A DNA stretch of 38,253 nt from a virus (IMGVR_UViG_3300002821_000002:1-38253), one strand, 5' to 3'. Counted from the stretch's first letter, positions 1 to 9,180 are shown. Numbers and translations are program-made. Notes: a model not told the origin generated them from the letters alone.

Positions 1-1413
1 GTCAACAAGTTCGGCAACATCGCCGACGGTATCAACGATCTCGCATACTCGACCGGCCTGAGCACCCGGAAGGTCCAGGAGCTCCAGTATGCCGCCGCGA
101 TCTCAAACACCCAGTTCTCCACGGTCACCGGCGGCATCAAACTGTTCACCATGGCGATCGTCGAGGCCAAAGACGAATCATCGGAAGCTGCCAAGGCATT
201 TGCGGCCCTGGGTGTCACGACCATCGGCAGGAGCTACGACCAGATCTGGGAAGACACCGCACGGGCGATCGCGAGCGTTGAAGACGAGACCACACGGGCC
301 GCCCTCGCCAATACCCTCTACGGCCGGGGCTGGCAGGAGATGGTGCCCTACATCCATGACTATGTCCAGAACGCAGACAAGATCAAGGGCATCGACTACC
401 TCACGGACGAGCAGCTGGACGACCTGGAAGAGGCCAAAGCCCAGCTGGACGCGCTCGGGTACAAGCTCACTCTTGTAGAGGGCGGTGTTGTGGCGTTCTT
501 TGCCAACCTCAACTCGGAAGGCAACAAGTTCGAGGTGGAGGACACGGTCCTCGACCGGCTGCTGGCGGGGAAAGGGTTCCAGGAGAGTTTCATGCCATGG
601 CAGACCCCGCAGGAGGAGCCCGGCAAAACCCCGGCAAAACCCCCGATACCGACCAACGCTGCGGACGTGGCATCCGCGATCGTTGAAGGGATGTCCGCTA
701 CTGATGCAAAGGCTGCGTATCTTGAGAGGTATACCATCCCGGGCCTGCAGAAAGCCTATGATGCTCTCAAAGCAAGCGGCGTCGCATCTGCCGAAGATAT
801 CTCTGCAGCGTATATCCAGCTCCAGGAAGCAAAGGAGCAGCTGATCCGGCTGACTGAAGACCAGACAAATTCGGAAAAGACGCTTGCAAAAACCGTGGGG
901 GGTGTGGAGTCAGAATACCAGCGGCTCGAAGATATCAACCGCGACTTCCAGCGGGAGATGAGCATCACCAACCCCCGGGACGTTGCGAGGATCCGTGACC
1001 TCAACATAAGGCACCAGTGGGCGGTCGAGGACCAGCAGAACAAGGTGGGGGTGGCCGAGATGGACAGTGCATCGGTTGTCGCCGCAGCCGCTGCAGCTGC
1101 TGTTGCCGCCGTCCGGAACCCTGCACCGATCCCCGAATCTCCGCCCACAACAGGTGTTCCCGGGGGATATAACAATGTCCTGGAGTTCCACCAGGAGAAC
1201 AGCTTGATGCCCCCTGCCCAGATACAGGGGCCGGTCCAGGAATTCCCATCTCCGATACCCACGCCGGCGACTACCCCGGCGGGGAACATGAACCTGCCGA
1301 ACATCACGTACGGTGACCTGATCGTCAACATCGACGGTAAGCAGCTGATGAAAGTTGGCGGAATCGTTGCAGCTCCCAAAGGAGAGAGATCGCTTATGCA
1401 GGCGGGATACTGA
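1..1413 (+). CDS. Tape measure protein, 5'-truncated
   Basis: Frame open from base 1 (VNKFGNIADGINDLAYSTGLSTRKVQELQYAA...); Ala-rich helical sequence; precedes tail-tip genes, and the chaperone lies at the other end of the window. Confidence 0.85.
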   Translation, partial: VNKFGNIADGINDLAYSTGLSTRKVQELQYAAAISNTQFSTVTGGIKLFTMAIVEAKDESSEAAKAFAALGVTTIGRSYDQIWEDTARAIASVEDETTRAALANTLYGRGWQEMVPYIHDYVQNADKIKGIDYLTDEQLDDLEEAKAQLDALGYKLTLVEGGVVAFFANLNSEGNKFEVEDTVLDRLLAGKGFQESFMPWQTPQEEPGKTPAKPPIPTNAADVASAIVEGMSATDAKAAYLERYTIPGLQKAYDALKASGVASAEDISAAYIQLQEAKEQLIRLTEDQTNSEKTLAKTVGGVESEYQRLEDINRDFQREMSITNPRDVARIRDLNIRHQWAVEDQQNKVGVAEMDSASVVAAAAAAAVAAVRNPAPIPESPPTTGVPGGYNNVLEFHQENSLMPPAQIQGPVQEFPSPIPTPATTPAGNMNLPNITYGDLIVNIDGKQLMKVGGIVAAPKGERSLMQAGY

Positions 1414-1754
1414 TGACCGCCCCCTGCACCTTCGGCACCACAACCGTCCCGTCACGGGCGGTCCGGTACATGAAGATCATCGGCTCGTACGAGTTTGAAG
1501 CCGAGCTGGAGTGTGCGACCAAGACCTTCAGTGAATACACGGCCCTTGCTGCTCTTGCCGGGCCCTGCACCCCCACCCAACTGTTATCGGGAAAGGTCAA
1601 GGTCCAGACCACCGGGGGCACGAAGGCATCCCTTGTACTCAATGGCGCGACTTATACGAATTGTTACATCACGGAGATCAGCACTGCCGAAGCAGATGGG
1701 ATGCAGCTGAAACTGTGGATCTTCACCATCAAGTTCGTCAAGGAGACTGTATGA
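1413..1754 (+). CDS. Putative distal tail (Dit-like) protein
   Basis: 113 aa, TGATG-coupled to tape measure; beta-rich; call based on position. Confidence 0.55.
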   Translation: MTAPCTFGTTTVPSRAVRYMKIIGSYEFEAELECATKTFSEYTALAALAGPCTPTQLLSGKVKVQTTGGTKASLVLNGATYTNCYITEISTAEADGMQLKLWIFTIKFVKETV

Positions 1755-2305
1755 GACCAGACAGAGATCTATTATTCAACCGCCCCCCTCTCCCCGTTCC
1801 GGGCACGTCCCGGTTCGAGACCGTCCATGAAGACGGCGAGGGCAATGTACTGAGCTATGACTGCGTGTACGGCCCCGGCGTGGCTATCAGGGCCGGGATC
1901 GGGCGACATGTCGATATGCCGCTGGTGCCGTTCCTCGGACCTGCCGGCGGCATCCTGATCACCATCCCGACCGTGGGGCATAACAAGTTTGCCGCCATTA
2001 TCGGAGCCCTGACCGGCTGGACGATGAAGATCGGGATCGGCACCGGAGCAGAATCCGCAGGGGATTCCGATCTGTCGAGCGCGATCACCACCTACGGCGG
2101 GGATACCGCGAGCGTTACCCCGTCAGTGACTGACAACGTGATCACGATGGCGCACCAGTGGACGTTCACCACAGGGGCCTCATTCGCTGTGGATGAATCC
2201 GGCGTGTTCAAGGATACTGTGCTGATGATGCGGCACAAGTATTCCAGCGTGAAAAACGTCGTGGTGAGTGACAAACTGACCTGCACGCTGACGGACACGG
2301 TATAA
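1751..2305 (+). CDS. Virion structural (tail/baseplate-region) protein
   Basis: ATG 1751 overlaps the upstream stop; IGIGTG...DSDL...VDESGVF...KLTCTLT pattern typical of tail proteins. Confidence 0.65.
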   Translation: MRPDRDLLFNRPPLPVPGTSRFETVHEDGEGNVLSYDCVYGPGVAIRAGIGRHVDMPLVPFLGPAGGILITIPTVGHNKFAAIIGALTGWTMKIGIGTGAESAGDSDLSSAITTYGGDTASVTPSVTDNVITMAHQWTFTTGASFAVDESGVFKDTVLMMRHKYSSVKNVVVSDKLTCTLTDTV

Positions 2306-2320
2306 CGGGGGTAAAAGAAA

Positions 2321-2695
2321 ATGGGACTTTCGATAACAGTAGGCGCGATCCTTGAAAACAAAACCGTTGCGGAATCGGCAAGCTCGGTTCTTGCAGAATG
2401 CACTGCGGTAGATGCCAGCACCGCAATCGCGCTCGGTATTGAGGTATTGCTGACCTTCCACGGCAGCGCAACCCTCGGGGCAACGGTCAAGGTGTTCACC
2501 TCTTCGGACGGTACGAACTACACGACCAACCAGACGCAGGAATATGATATTCCGGTATCGGCTGGGGCAACGGTCCGTCACTCATTCACGGTCCTCACGG
2601 GGCACAAGTACTATAAGGTGCAGGTCACGAACCTCGACACCGCGCAGGATATCACCGCCCTGTACATCTACTCCGAGCCGCAGTTGGCCTCGTAA
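2321..2695 (+). CDS. Putative virion structural protein
   Basis: 124 aa, Thr/Val-rich, beta-sandwich-like, in tail operon. Confidence 0.6.
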   Translation: MGLSITVGAILENKTVAESASSVLAECTAVDASTAIALGIEVLLTFHGSATLGATVKVFTSSDGTNYTTNQTQEYDIPVSAGATVRHSFTVLTGHKYYKVQVTNLDTAQDITALYIYSEPQLAS

Positions 2696-2704
2696 GGTGC
2701 CCCA

Positions 2705-5700
2705 ATGACGGCACCTACACCCCCCGATTATTCTCAGTGGAAATACCGGGCGCGGATCCGGATCACCAACCCGGCAGCAGTTGCCAACTATCAGCATCTT
2801 CTCACGCTGACATGGAAACCCGGGATGCGGTCGGATTTCCGGGACGTTCGGTTTACGGAGCAGGACGGCACCAACTGCCCGTATTGGATAGAGTCTAAGA
2901 CTGACCGCAGCTCGGCAAAAGTCTGGATCAAGGTGCCGTCCGCCAGCCAGGGGCTCATATTCCTGTATTACGGGAACGGTGCTGCGGTCAGCGAGAGTAA
3001 CGGGGACGACACCTTCGATTTCTTCGATGACTTTCCCGGCTCTGCGATTGATACGGATAAATGGGAGGGAGATACCGCCTCGGCAGCGGTAAGCTCTGGG
3101 GTAATGACCTTTAAGTGTGATTCCGGATCCTACAAGGTCTTAAGGTCTAAAACATCATACGGCCCGGGCGCAGTCCTCGAAGCGTACATGAAACCATACC
3201 ACACCAGCGGGGCCGATTTTTATGGTTTTTCAAACGCAGGAGTAACGGAGGCTATTTTCTGGTATCTTAACTCCACGAACAACCTGCTTTATTCGATAGA
3301 GGGCAGTTCTGCGGGGTCCGCGGCAACCAATTTCACCACCGCAACAACATACCGCACGATAAAAATAGCGTTTGAAAGCGCCACGCAAGCGAGATTCTTT
3401 GAGGGCGGTGTGGAAAGAACCAACTCGCCCCTCACCACGAAGATCCCTGATGGCGCAATACCAATCATGATGCGGTCGTTATCGACAACAACCGGATGGG
3501 TTACAGATTGGATATTTATCAGGAAATATGTAGCCACGGCCCCGACCCTCGCAGCTTACTTTACCGGTGTGAGCCCGCGTCTCCCCCATCAGGGTGTCCA
3601 CGGGCTCACCCTATCAGCCGGCACAGAATACGCATTCGATCCGGTGAACGTCGATCACGGAATGGTTGCCGGATATGGCGGGCAGGAGATCATCCAGACT
3701 ACCAACGTCAACCACAGCATGACGCCCGGAGCAGGGGCGCAGGACGTGGAGTGTGGCGCCGTCAATATCTATCACCCGATCTACCCGACGGCATCATGGG
3801 CCCAGATAATCGATCCGGTTGTTGACAGCGGGTATCTTATCGGAGTCACGGTATCGCAGAGTATGGACGACGCGATGGCGGAGGCCGTCTTTGAATACGA
3901 CGGCAACGAGATCGGCAACTACTTTTCTGGCGACTATATGACACAGGTCCACGTCACCATACCCGATTACCTCGGCGTCAGCAACTGTGTTTTTGTCGGT
4001 ATCATCCCCTCATCTCATGCGGTCTATGACGTGGCACGGGATAAGATGACAATGCGGGCGGTTGATTATGGGCTGTTCCTGTCAAAGCAGACACTGGATA
4101 TCAAAGACCTCTCCATTCTCCCGCCGGGCGACCAGACCAGCGAAGGCGCTAATATCGCCAAAACCTTATCCTGCGATAACATTACCCGCCCGTTCCAGCT
4201 TGGTCAGACCATTAAAGGGGCCACCTCCGGAGCGTCCGGGACTATTGTCGATATCGCCGCCGCCCATATCCTTTGGCTCTACCCGGCAACAGGGAACTTT
4301 GTTGATGATGAGATAATACAGGTGGGGGGTGTTGATGTTGCATATGCTGATGGGCGCTCCGTAAACACCTCATATACCCCGTATTATGCCACCACGAGCC
4401 CGGAGGACTGGGTCCGGTCGATCCTTGGTGGGAATAACTGGATGCGGGTTGCCGGGATTGAGCCGACCGAGATCGAGTCTTCTGCCGGGTACTGGGATAC
4501 CGCAGACTGCCCGGCGGTTGCGTTCATGTTCAGTTCCCTTGAGAAGAAGCGGGACGCCCTCAAACGGGTCGCGGCGTATATGAGTTACATGTGGCACGTC
4601 AAGCCGCGAAGTATCGGCACGGGAATCTACACACAAGCCGGGTATTTCATCAAGCAAACCTCTATTGATTCCCTCCTTGCCCTGCCGGCTGCGGCAACTA
4701 TTGCCGGGCCGGACGACTTCGCCGGGCCGATCACGCTGGATCAGGATGGAGAACTCCAAGTGGATGTGGTTAAGGTCAGGTGCCAGGATCTGAAAGGGAC
4801 GTGGTTGCCCGAGGAGATCAGATCGAATAGTTTCTATGATGCAGGAGAAGGGCCATACCGGGAGTTCCGTGATGAACCGAAAGATATCTGCACTCAGACG
4901 GACCTCGCCGCATACGCCACCGATATGTATAATCTGTATTCCGCCCGCACCTGTTCATGGTCCGGCACGCTTGTTGCACGGGCAGACCTGCAACTCTACC
5001 AGCTTCTCACCATATCCGGGATGGGAACAGAAGTACCGGACGGCACATACCGGATCACCAAAATCACCCACGAATACGGGTGCGCCAAGAACCTGACACA
5101 TATCACGTTCATGCTGAGCACATCCTTCTCAATCCTTCGGAAATACGGGATGACCTATAAGGATTCAATCTCAAAAGTCCAGCAGATCGCCGAAGGTTTG
5201 GAAAACCGGAAACCGCAGACAGAACTCGCAACGGTGACAGCGACCGACGGGTGGACTATCACCTATAGAACCGAAGCGGGCAATACGGGGATGGGGAGGG
5301 ATAGTACATCTACCCCGCTCGTGGCCGGAACGGTGCCGGTTGGTGCCAAGGTATCCGTGCAGACCATGCGGGGCGGGGTTGTCTGTATCCCCCTTACGAG
5401 CGGTCCGGCGGCAGGGACAGATGTATCGGTGGTCGATGTGCCTACCTATGCGCAGGCGATAACTTATGAAGTCGATCCCGCGTGGTATATCCTCTTGTGG
5501 AAACCCGGCGCGAATAACGACAACGTGCGGATTGATATCAGTACAAGCGGGTATTCAGCCACACCGGGCGACGGGGCGATGACTCATCTTTTCCCGATAT
5601 CCACAACAGACGCACGTGTGGCGTTCATCGAGAGAAACACCGTGCATTATATATCGTTGTGGGGGGTCAAGGGCGGGAGGTTCAGCACCACCGCCAAACA

Positions 5701-6109
5701 GATCACGATCACGTCCGCAGAGGATCTTTACGTTGACCCGGACATCATCCCAATAGAGCCCCCATTATCTTATGGAGAGATCTGGTACGGCGAAAGTATC
5801 ACCGGCGGCGAACACCACGGCACCGGGGAGGATTCGTATATTTTCCTTCGTAACCTTGGGGATACTGGGACTGTTACGACGACAAAGAATTTCTCGGCAA
5901 TCGCCATCTCCACGTATCAATCAGACGCGAATGACGGGACGATAGATATCCTGGTGGGCGGGGCTAAATACCTCACGGTGGACACCCACGAAATGGGAAC
6001 GGATACGATCAGCATTGATTTCGGGACGACGTGGGCCGCCGGGACCGTAATCACAATCCGCACGCCAACAAGCGCAGACGCCCACATCTGGTACATCAAA
6101 ACGTGGTGA
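2705..6109 (+). CDS. Multidomain tail tip/adhesin: N-terminal DUF2341 plus lectin-like region, central hub-like region, C-terminal FN3-like region
   Basis: WKYR..I.ITN...DFRDVRF..QDG...YWIE...VWIKVP...YYGN...NGDDTFDFFDDF matches DUF2341; 1134 aa; last tail gene. Confidence 0.8.
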   Translation: MTAPTPPDYSQWKYRARIRITNPAAVANYQHLLTLTWKPGMRSDFRDVRFTEQDGTNCPYWIESKTDRSSAKVWIKVPSASQGLIFLYYGNGAAVSESNGDDTFDFFDDFPGSAIDTDKWEGDTASAAVSSGVMTFKCDSGSYKVLRSKTSYGPGAVLEAYMKPYHTSGADFYGFSNAGVTEAIFWYLNSTNNLLYSIEGSSAGSAATNFTTATTYRTIKIAFESATQARFFEGGVERTNSPLTTKIPDGAIPIMMRSLSTTTGWVTDWIFIRKYVATAPTLAAYFTGVSPRLPHQGVHGLTLSAGTEYAFDPVNVDHGMVAGYGGQEIIQTTNVNHSMTPGAGAQDVECGAVNIYHPIYPTASWAQIIDPVVDSGYLIGVTVSQSMDDAMAEAVFEYDGNEIGNYFSGDYMTQVHVTIPDYLGVSNCVFVGIIPSSHAVYDVARDKMTMRAVDYGLFLSKQTLDIKDLSILPPGDQTSEGANIAKTLSCDNITRPFQLGQTIKGATSGASGTIVDIAAAHILWLYPATGNFVDDEIIQVGGVDVAYADGRSVNTSYTPYYATTSPEDWVRSILGGNNWMRVAGIEPTEIESSAGYWDTADCPAVAFMFSSLEKKRDALKRVAAYMSYMWHVKPRSIGTGIYTQAGYFIKQTSIDSLLALPAAATIAGPDDFAGPITLDQDGELQVDVVKVRCQDLKGTWLPEEIRSNSFYDAGEGPYREFRDEPKDICTQTDLAAYATDMYNLYSARTCSWSGTLVARADLQLYQLLTISGMGTEVPDGTYRITKITHEYGCAKNLTHITFMLSTSFSILRKYGMTYKDSISKVQQIAEGLENRKPQTELATVTATDGWTITYRTEAGNTGMGRDSTSTPLVAGTVPVGAKVSVQTMRGGVVCIPLTSGPAAGTDVSVVDVPTYAQAITYEVDPAWYILLWKPGANNDNVRIDISTSGYSATPGDGAMTHLFPISTTDARVAFIERNTVHYISLWGVKGGRFSTTAKQITITSAEDLYVDPDIIPIEPPLSYGEIWYGESITGGEHHGTGEDSYIFLRNLGDTGTVTTTKNFSAIAISTYQSDANDGTIDILVGGAKYLTVDTHEMGTDTISIDFGTTWAAGTVITIRTPTSADAHIWYIKTW

Positions 6110-6950
6110 TCAGCCCCCTGCTATCTTTTAAGATCCGTTGAATCTCTCGGTCTCCAAGCATCACCAACCACGAAACCAACCCGACCGCGATAAAATACAC
6201 TGGCAACGACTGCCGAGCGATGACCAGCATACTCCCGGGGTAATGTATCAGGAACACGTAAAACGAGATTTCGGCAAGGAATGGGATCGTGGTGCCCTCA
6301 CTCGTCCATTTCGGATAAAACCCCTGCTGAACCACCCAGATACCGAGGCCGAACTCTAGGAAATTGCAGAACGGCAGCCATCGGTCGGGCGTTCCGCCAA
6401 TAGAATAAACGTTAACAAAATATCTTGTGAATATTTCAACAAATGCAATTATGCAGAGCATCTGATAGGGATACTTCTTAATTGACGACGAAAGGAACGG
6501 GTATAAAAAATAGAGTGCAACGATCAACCCGATAAACCACCCGACCTGGTTGATATGCCCCCCCATAGTACCGCTCCAGGTATTGAACCCGGTGAACTCC
6601 AGGAAGATATTGAATACCGGAAGATTCACAAGATAAGGGGAGCAGATAAGCCCGAAGATCATGCTCATCCAGAACGCCGGATAAATCCGAAATAACCGCT
6701 TGACATAGAACTCGGCAATCTCATCCAGGGACTCAAGACGCGGGCGGGAATATTCAAGGACAGCCCCGCTGACGAAGATCATGAGGGTGACACCGATCAG
6801 GCCCGGGTTGAGATAAATGATATTGAATGCAAGAAGGGGCTTGTCGAACGGTGCCAACCGATAGACTATGGAGAGGTGATAGAATACTATCAGGGCCACG
6901 CTCAGTATCCGCAGCAGGTCAAAGAACAGTAACCGTTTCCCGTTTGCCAT
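6096..6950 (-). CDS. Acyltransferase family 3 (OafA/Oac-like) membrane O-acyltransferase
   Basis: FFDLLRILSVALIVFYH, GVTLMIFVSG, FYVKRLFRIYPAFW, WFIGLIVALYFLYP, LAEISFYVFLIH; multiple TM segments. Confidence 0.9.
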   Translation of the reverse strand: MANGKRLLFFDLLRILSVALIVFYHLSIVYRLAPFDKPLLAFNIIYLNPGLIGVTLMIFVSGAVLEYSRPRLESLDEIAEFYVKRLFRIYPAFWMSMIFGLICSPYLVNLPVFNIFLEFTGFNTWSGTMGGHINQVGWFIGLIVALYFLYPFLSSSIKKYPYQMLCIIAFVEIFTRYFVNVYSIGGTPDRWLPFCNFLEFGLGIWVVQQGFYPKWTSEGTTIPFLAEISFYVFLIHYPGSMLVIARQSLPVYFIAVGLVSWLVMLGDREIQRILKDSRGLITTF

Positions 6951-6978
6951 GTGATAGCATCAGAATAATAGTGCTGAG

Positions 6979-6986
6979 ATATTAAA
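6979..6986 (-). promoter_or_regulatory. TATA box of acyltransferase gene
   Basis: TTTAATAT on the minus strand about 30 nt upstream of ATG 6950. Confidence 0.6.
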
Positions 6987-7006
6987 GATTCCTGAAAAAC
7001 GGCAAG

Positions 7007-7091
7007 TGCGAGGGATGGGATTCGAACCCAAGAACCCCTGCGGGACTAGCCCCTGAAGCTAGCGTCGTTGACCTGGCTTGACTACCCTCGC
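7007..7091 (-). tRNA. trnL: tRNA-Leu(CAG), full length, probable attP
   Basis: GCGAGGG/CCCTCGC acceptor stem, CTAGC-TTCAGGG-GCTAG anticodon arm, long variable arm, TTCGAAT T-loop, A73, no encoded CCA; T5 run just downstream. Confidence 0.95.
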
Positions 7092-7166
7092 TCTTTTGAA
7101 TGATTTTGCACGATCCTGATGCCATGTTCCGTCATGCGGCCCTGAACCTTACGCAGCGTCATGGCG

Positions 7167-7174
7167 TTTATTTA
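7167..7174 (+). promoter_or_regulatory. TATA box for a probably leaderless integrase transcript
   Basis: TTTATTTA 25-32 nt upstream of ATG 7199. Confidence 0.5.
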
Positions 7175-7198
7175 CAGGAAAAACTATATAGAAAAACC

Positions 7199-8326
7199 AT
7201 GTCTGAGGAGTACCTGAAACATCTGCCGCAGCTCGACCCGGCCAACCGGAAAATAATCACGGCTTATATCCGCCGGCAGGAGCTCAAGCAGCTGCAACCG
7301 TCCAGCATCCAGGACAAGACCTGGCGGGTCTACTACCTGCTGAAGTTCCTGCGGTTCAAGGACGCGAAGGCAGTCACCAAGGCGGACCTGGAGGACTATA
7401 TCATCCACCGCAGGAAAACTGTGGCTCCCCGGACCCTGCAGGGCGATATGATCGAACTGCGGATCTTCTTCCGGTACCTCGACCCCGGAAAGGAAAAGGA
7501 GTTCTTCCCCGCTGATGAGAAGATGCAGAAGCCGAAGACCGAGTTCCCGGACCCACTGACCCGGGAGGAGATTGAGCGCTTGGTCAATGCATGCGACACG
7601 GTTCGCGACAAGGCTCTGGTCAAGTTCCTTTGGGATACCGGCTGCCGGCTCGATGAAGCCCTGTCCCTGAACGTGGGGGCCGTCAAATTCGACCAGTACG
7701 GCGGGTCCGTGAAGGTTGGCGGTAAGACCGGGGAGCGGGAACTCTGGCTGATTGACTGCGTGCCGGAGCTCCAGGCATGGGTCAACGCTCACCCCATGAA
7801 AGCGGATCCCGCGGCCCCGCTGTTCATCACCTACTCCCGGTACGGGTTCGGGGCCCGCAGGCTGAACGAGCGGACCGTGCAGAACCTGTGCAAGACCCTG
7901 CAGCGCAATGCCGGTGTCACCACGCGGGTCCATCCCCATGCATTCCGTCATGCCAGGGCCACGGACCGCGCCCGGGAGGGATTCACCGAGATGGAACTCC
8001 GGATCATGTTCGGGTGGAGCAAATCCAGCAACATGCCTGCAACCTACATCCACCTCTCCGGGGCCGATGTCAAGAAAAAGATCCTGCAGAAGGCGGGCCT
8101 GCAGGAAGCCGAGGTCCCCGCGGGAGAGCGGCCCCTGGACCCGGTCAAGTGCCCCCGCTGCGGTCTGCTGAACCAGAAGGGGTTCTATACCTGTGCCCGG
8201 TGCAATACGCCATTATCATCGGAGGCGATGCGGTATATCAAGCTGGGCCGTGAGCTCCTGGAGGATCCCGACATGATGATAGAGTATGCGCGGAAGAAGA
8301 AGCGGGAAGTAAAAGAGGGGGGATGA
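7199..8326 (+). CDS. int: Tyrosine integrase with C-terminal Zn ribbon
   Basis: TGCRLDE (R), GKTGER (K), HAFRH (HxxR), FGWS...PATYIHL (W, Y); CPRCG...CARC; adjacent to tRNA; start 7199 preferred to 7100. Confidence 0.95.
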   Translation: MSEEYLKHLPQLDPANRKIITAYIRRQELKQLQPSSIQDKTWRVYYLLKFLRFKDAKAVTKADLEDYIIHRRKTVAPRTLQGDMIELRIFFRYLDPGKEKEFFPADEKMQKPKTEFPDPLTREEIERLVNACDTVRDKALVKFLWDTGCRLDEALSLNVGAVKFDQYGGSVKVGGKTGERELWLIDCVPELQAWVNAHPMKADPAAPLFITYSRYGFGARRLNERTVQNLCKTLQRNAGVTTRVHPHAFRHARATDRAREGFTEMELRIMFGWSKSSNMPATYIHLSGADVKKKILQKAGLQEAEVPAGERPLDPVKCPRCGLLNQKGFYTCARCNTPLSSEAMRYIKLGRELLEDPDMMIEYARKKKREVKEGG

Positions 8327-8344
8327 TAGCAGAACCCCCTTTTT
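8317..8344 (+). terminator. Hairpin plus T-run after integrase
   Basis: GGGGG...CCCCC stem followed by TTTTT. Confidence 0.55.
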
Positions 8345-8568
8345 ATAATTCATCTCTGCGATGAACATTCACCGCAGGAATGAACATTCCGGCACACTTT
8401 CGCACACCAAATACAAAACCATTATACAGATTGGTAAGATACGTAATGATATATACTCGGGGGGGGGGTTGAACCATCCTTTCCCGTGAGGCGCAGCGTT
8501 GGACATTGAACGGGACTTCAAAACGGTTTTAAAAGAGGTTTTGTCAGAGGAAGAAATGATAAATATTG

Positions 8569-8851
8569 TTATCGCTGAGCTGTCCTCTGTGAAGAAATTC
8601 TCAGAACGATATGTTCAAGTGATCCATCCAGTATCGTCGGGTCATCCCGGAGTGCCTGTCTGATCATATCTTTCACCACTTCGGAACTGATCCCTTTTTT
8701 CTTACTCGGATCTATCTTCTCCAGGATCGCGTCACGGACCAGATCCGCCACGTTATCATAGTTCAGGTCATCCGCCAGTGTTCTCAGCTTCTCCTTTCAT
8801 ATCAGGGTCCACCCGGATTGAGAGATATTCGTCCTTGTTTTTCGTCACCAT
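8569..8851 (-). pseudogene. Ribbon-helix-helix repressor (CI-like) split by a +1 frameshift
   Basis: MVTKNKDEYLSIRVDPDMK continues in the +1 frame as EKLRTLADDLNYDNVADLVRDAILEKI; span 283 nt = 94 codons + 1. Confidence 0.8.
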
Positions 8852-8885
8852 CTTTGCACACTTCCACTCCTTTTGTGTGGTTATT

Positions 8886-8996
8886 TTGTAACACATAATT
8901 ACGACACGATATACTTTATCTTTTTTGTATGACAAAACCACGTTGTCTAAATAATGTATGACAATCTTTATAATGTCGGAGGTTGTCATACATTAT
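8886..8996. promoter_or_regulatory. Divergent promoter/operator switch
   Basis: Perfect 14-bp inverted repeat ATAATGTATGACAA (8951-8964 and 8983-8996) flanking TTTATAAT (8967-8974); two 11/14 copies at 8886-8899 and 8922-8935. Confidence 0.8.
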
Positions 8997-9021
8997 ATCC
9001 ACAATGTTGGAGTGAATGAAA

Positions 9022-9180
9022 ATGAAAACAGGAAGGAGATCATTAAGGACGGACGCAGCCACCGAGGCCGGGCTTGTTGCCCTTAAGCGGGCACACGTCG
9101 GGAAGAACGACGCCGACCGGTTCCGGCTCGGTATCAAGTGTTGTTGTCTGCACCACGGGATAAAGGTGGCTGAGGCATGA
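9022..9180 (+). CDS. Small putative RHH regulator (Cro-like position)
   Basis: MKTGRRSLRTDAATEAGLVALKRAHVGKNDADRFRLGIKCCCLHHGIKVAEA; GGAGTGA RBS; first rightward gene. Confidence 0.6.
   Translation: MKTGRRSLRTDAATEAGLVALKRAHVGKNDADRFRLGIKCCCLHHGIKVAEA

Noticed and set aside
2705-6109. Diversity-generating retroelement acting on the adhesin
   Set aside because: No reverse transcriptase and no template/variable repeat pair seen
7100-7198. Integrase start at 7100, or an SSV-type integrase split by att
   Set aside because: TATA position favours ATG 7199; the tRNA lies outside the intact coding region
8369-8422. Leaderless minus-strand micro-ORF (possible excisionase)
   Set aside because: Only 17 codons with no motif, despite a well-placed TATA-like sequence
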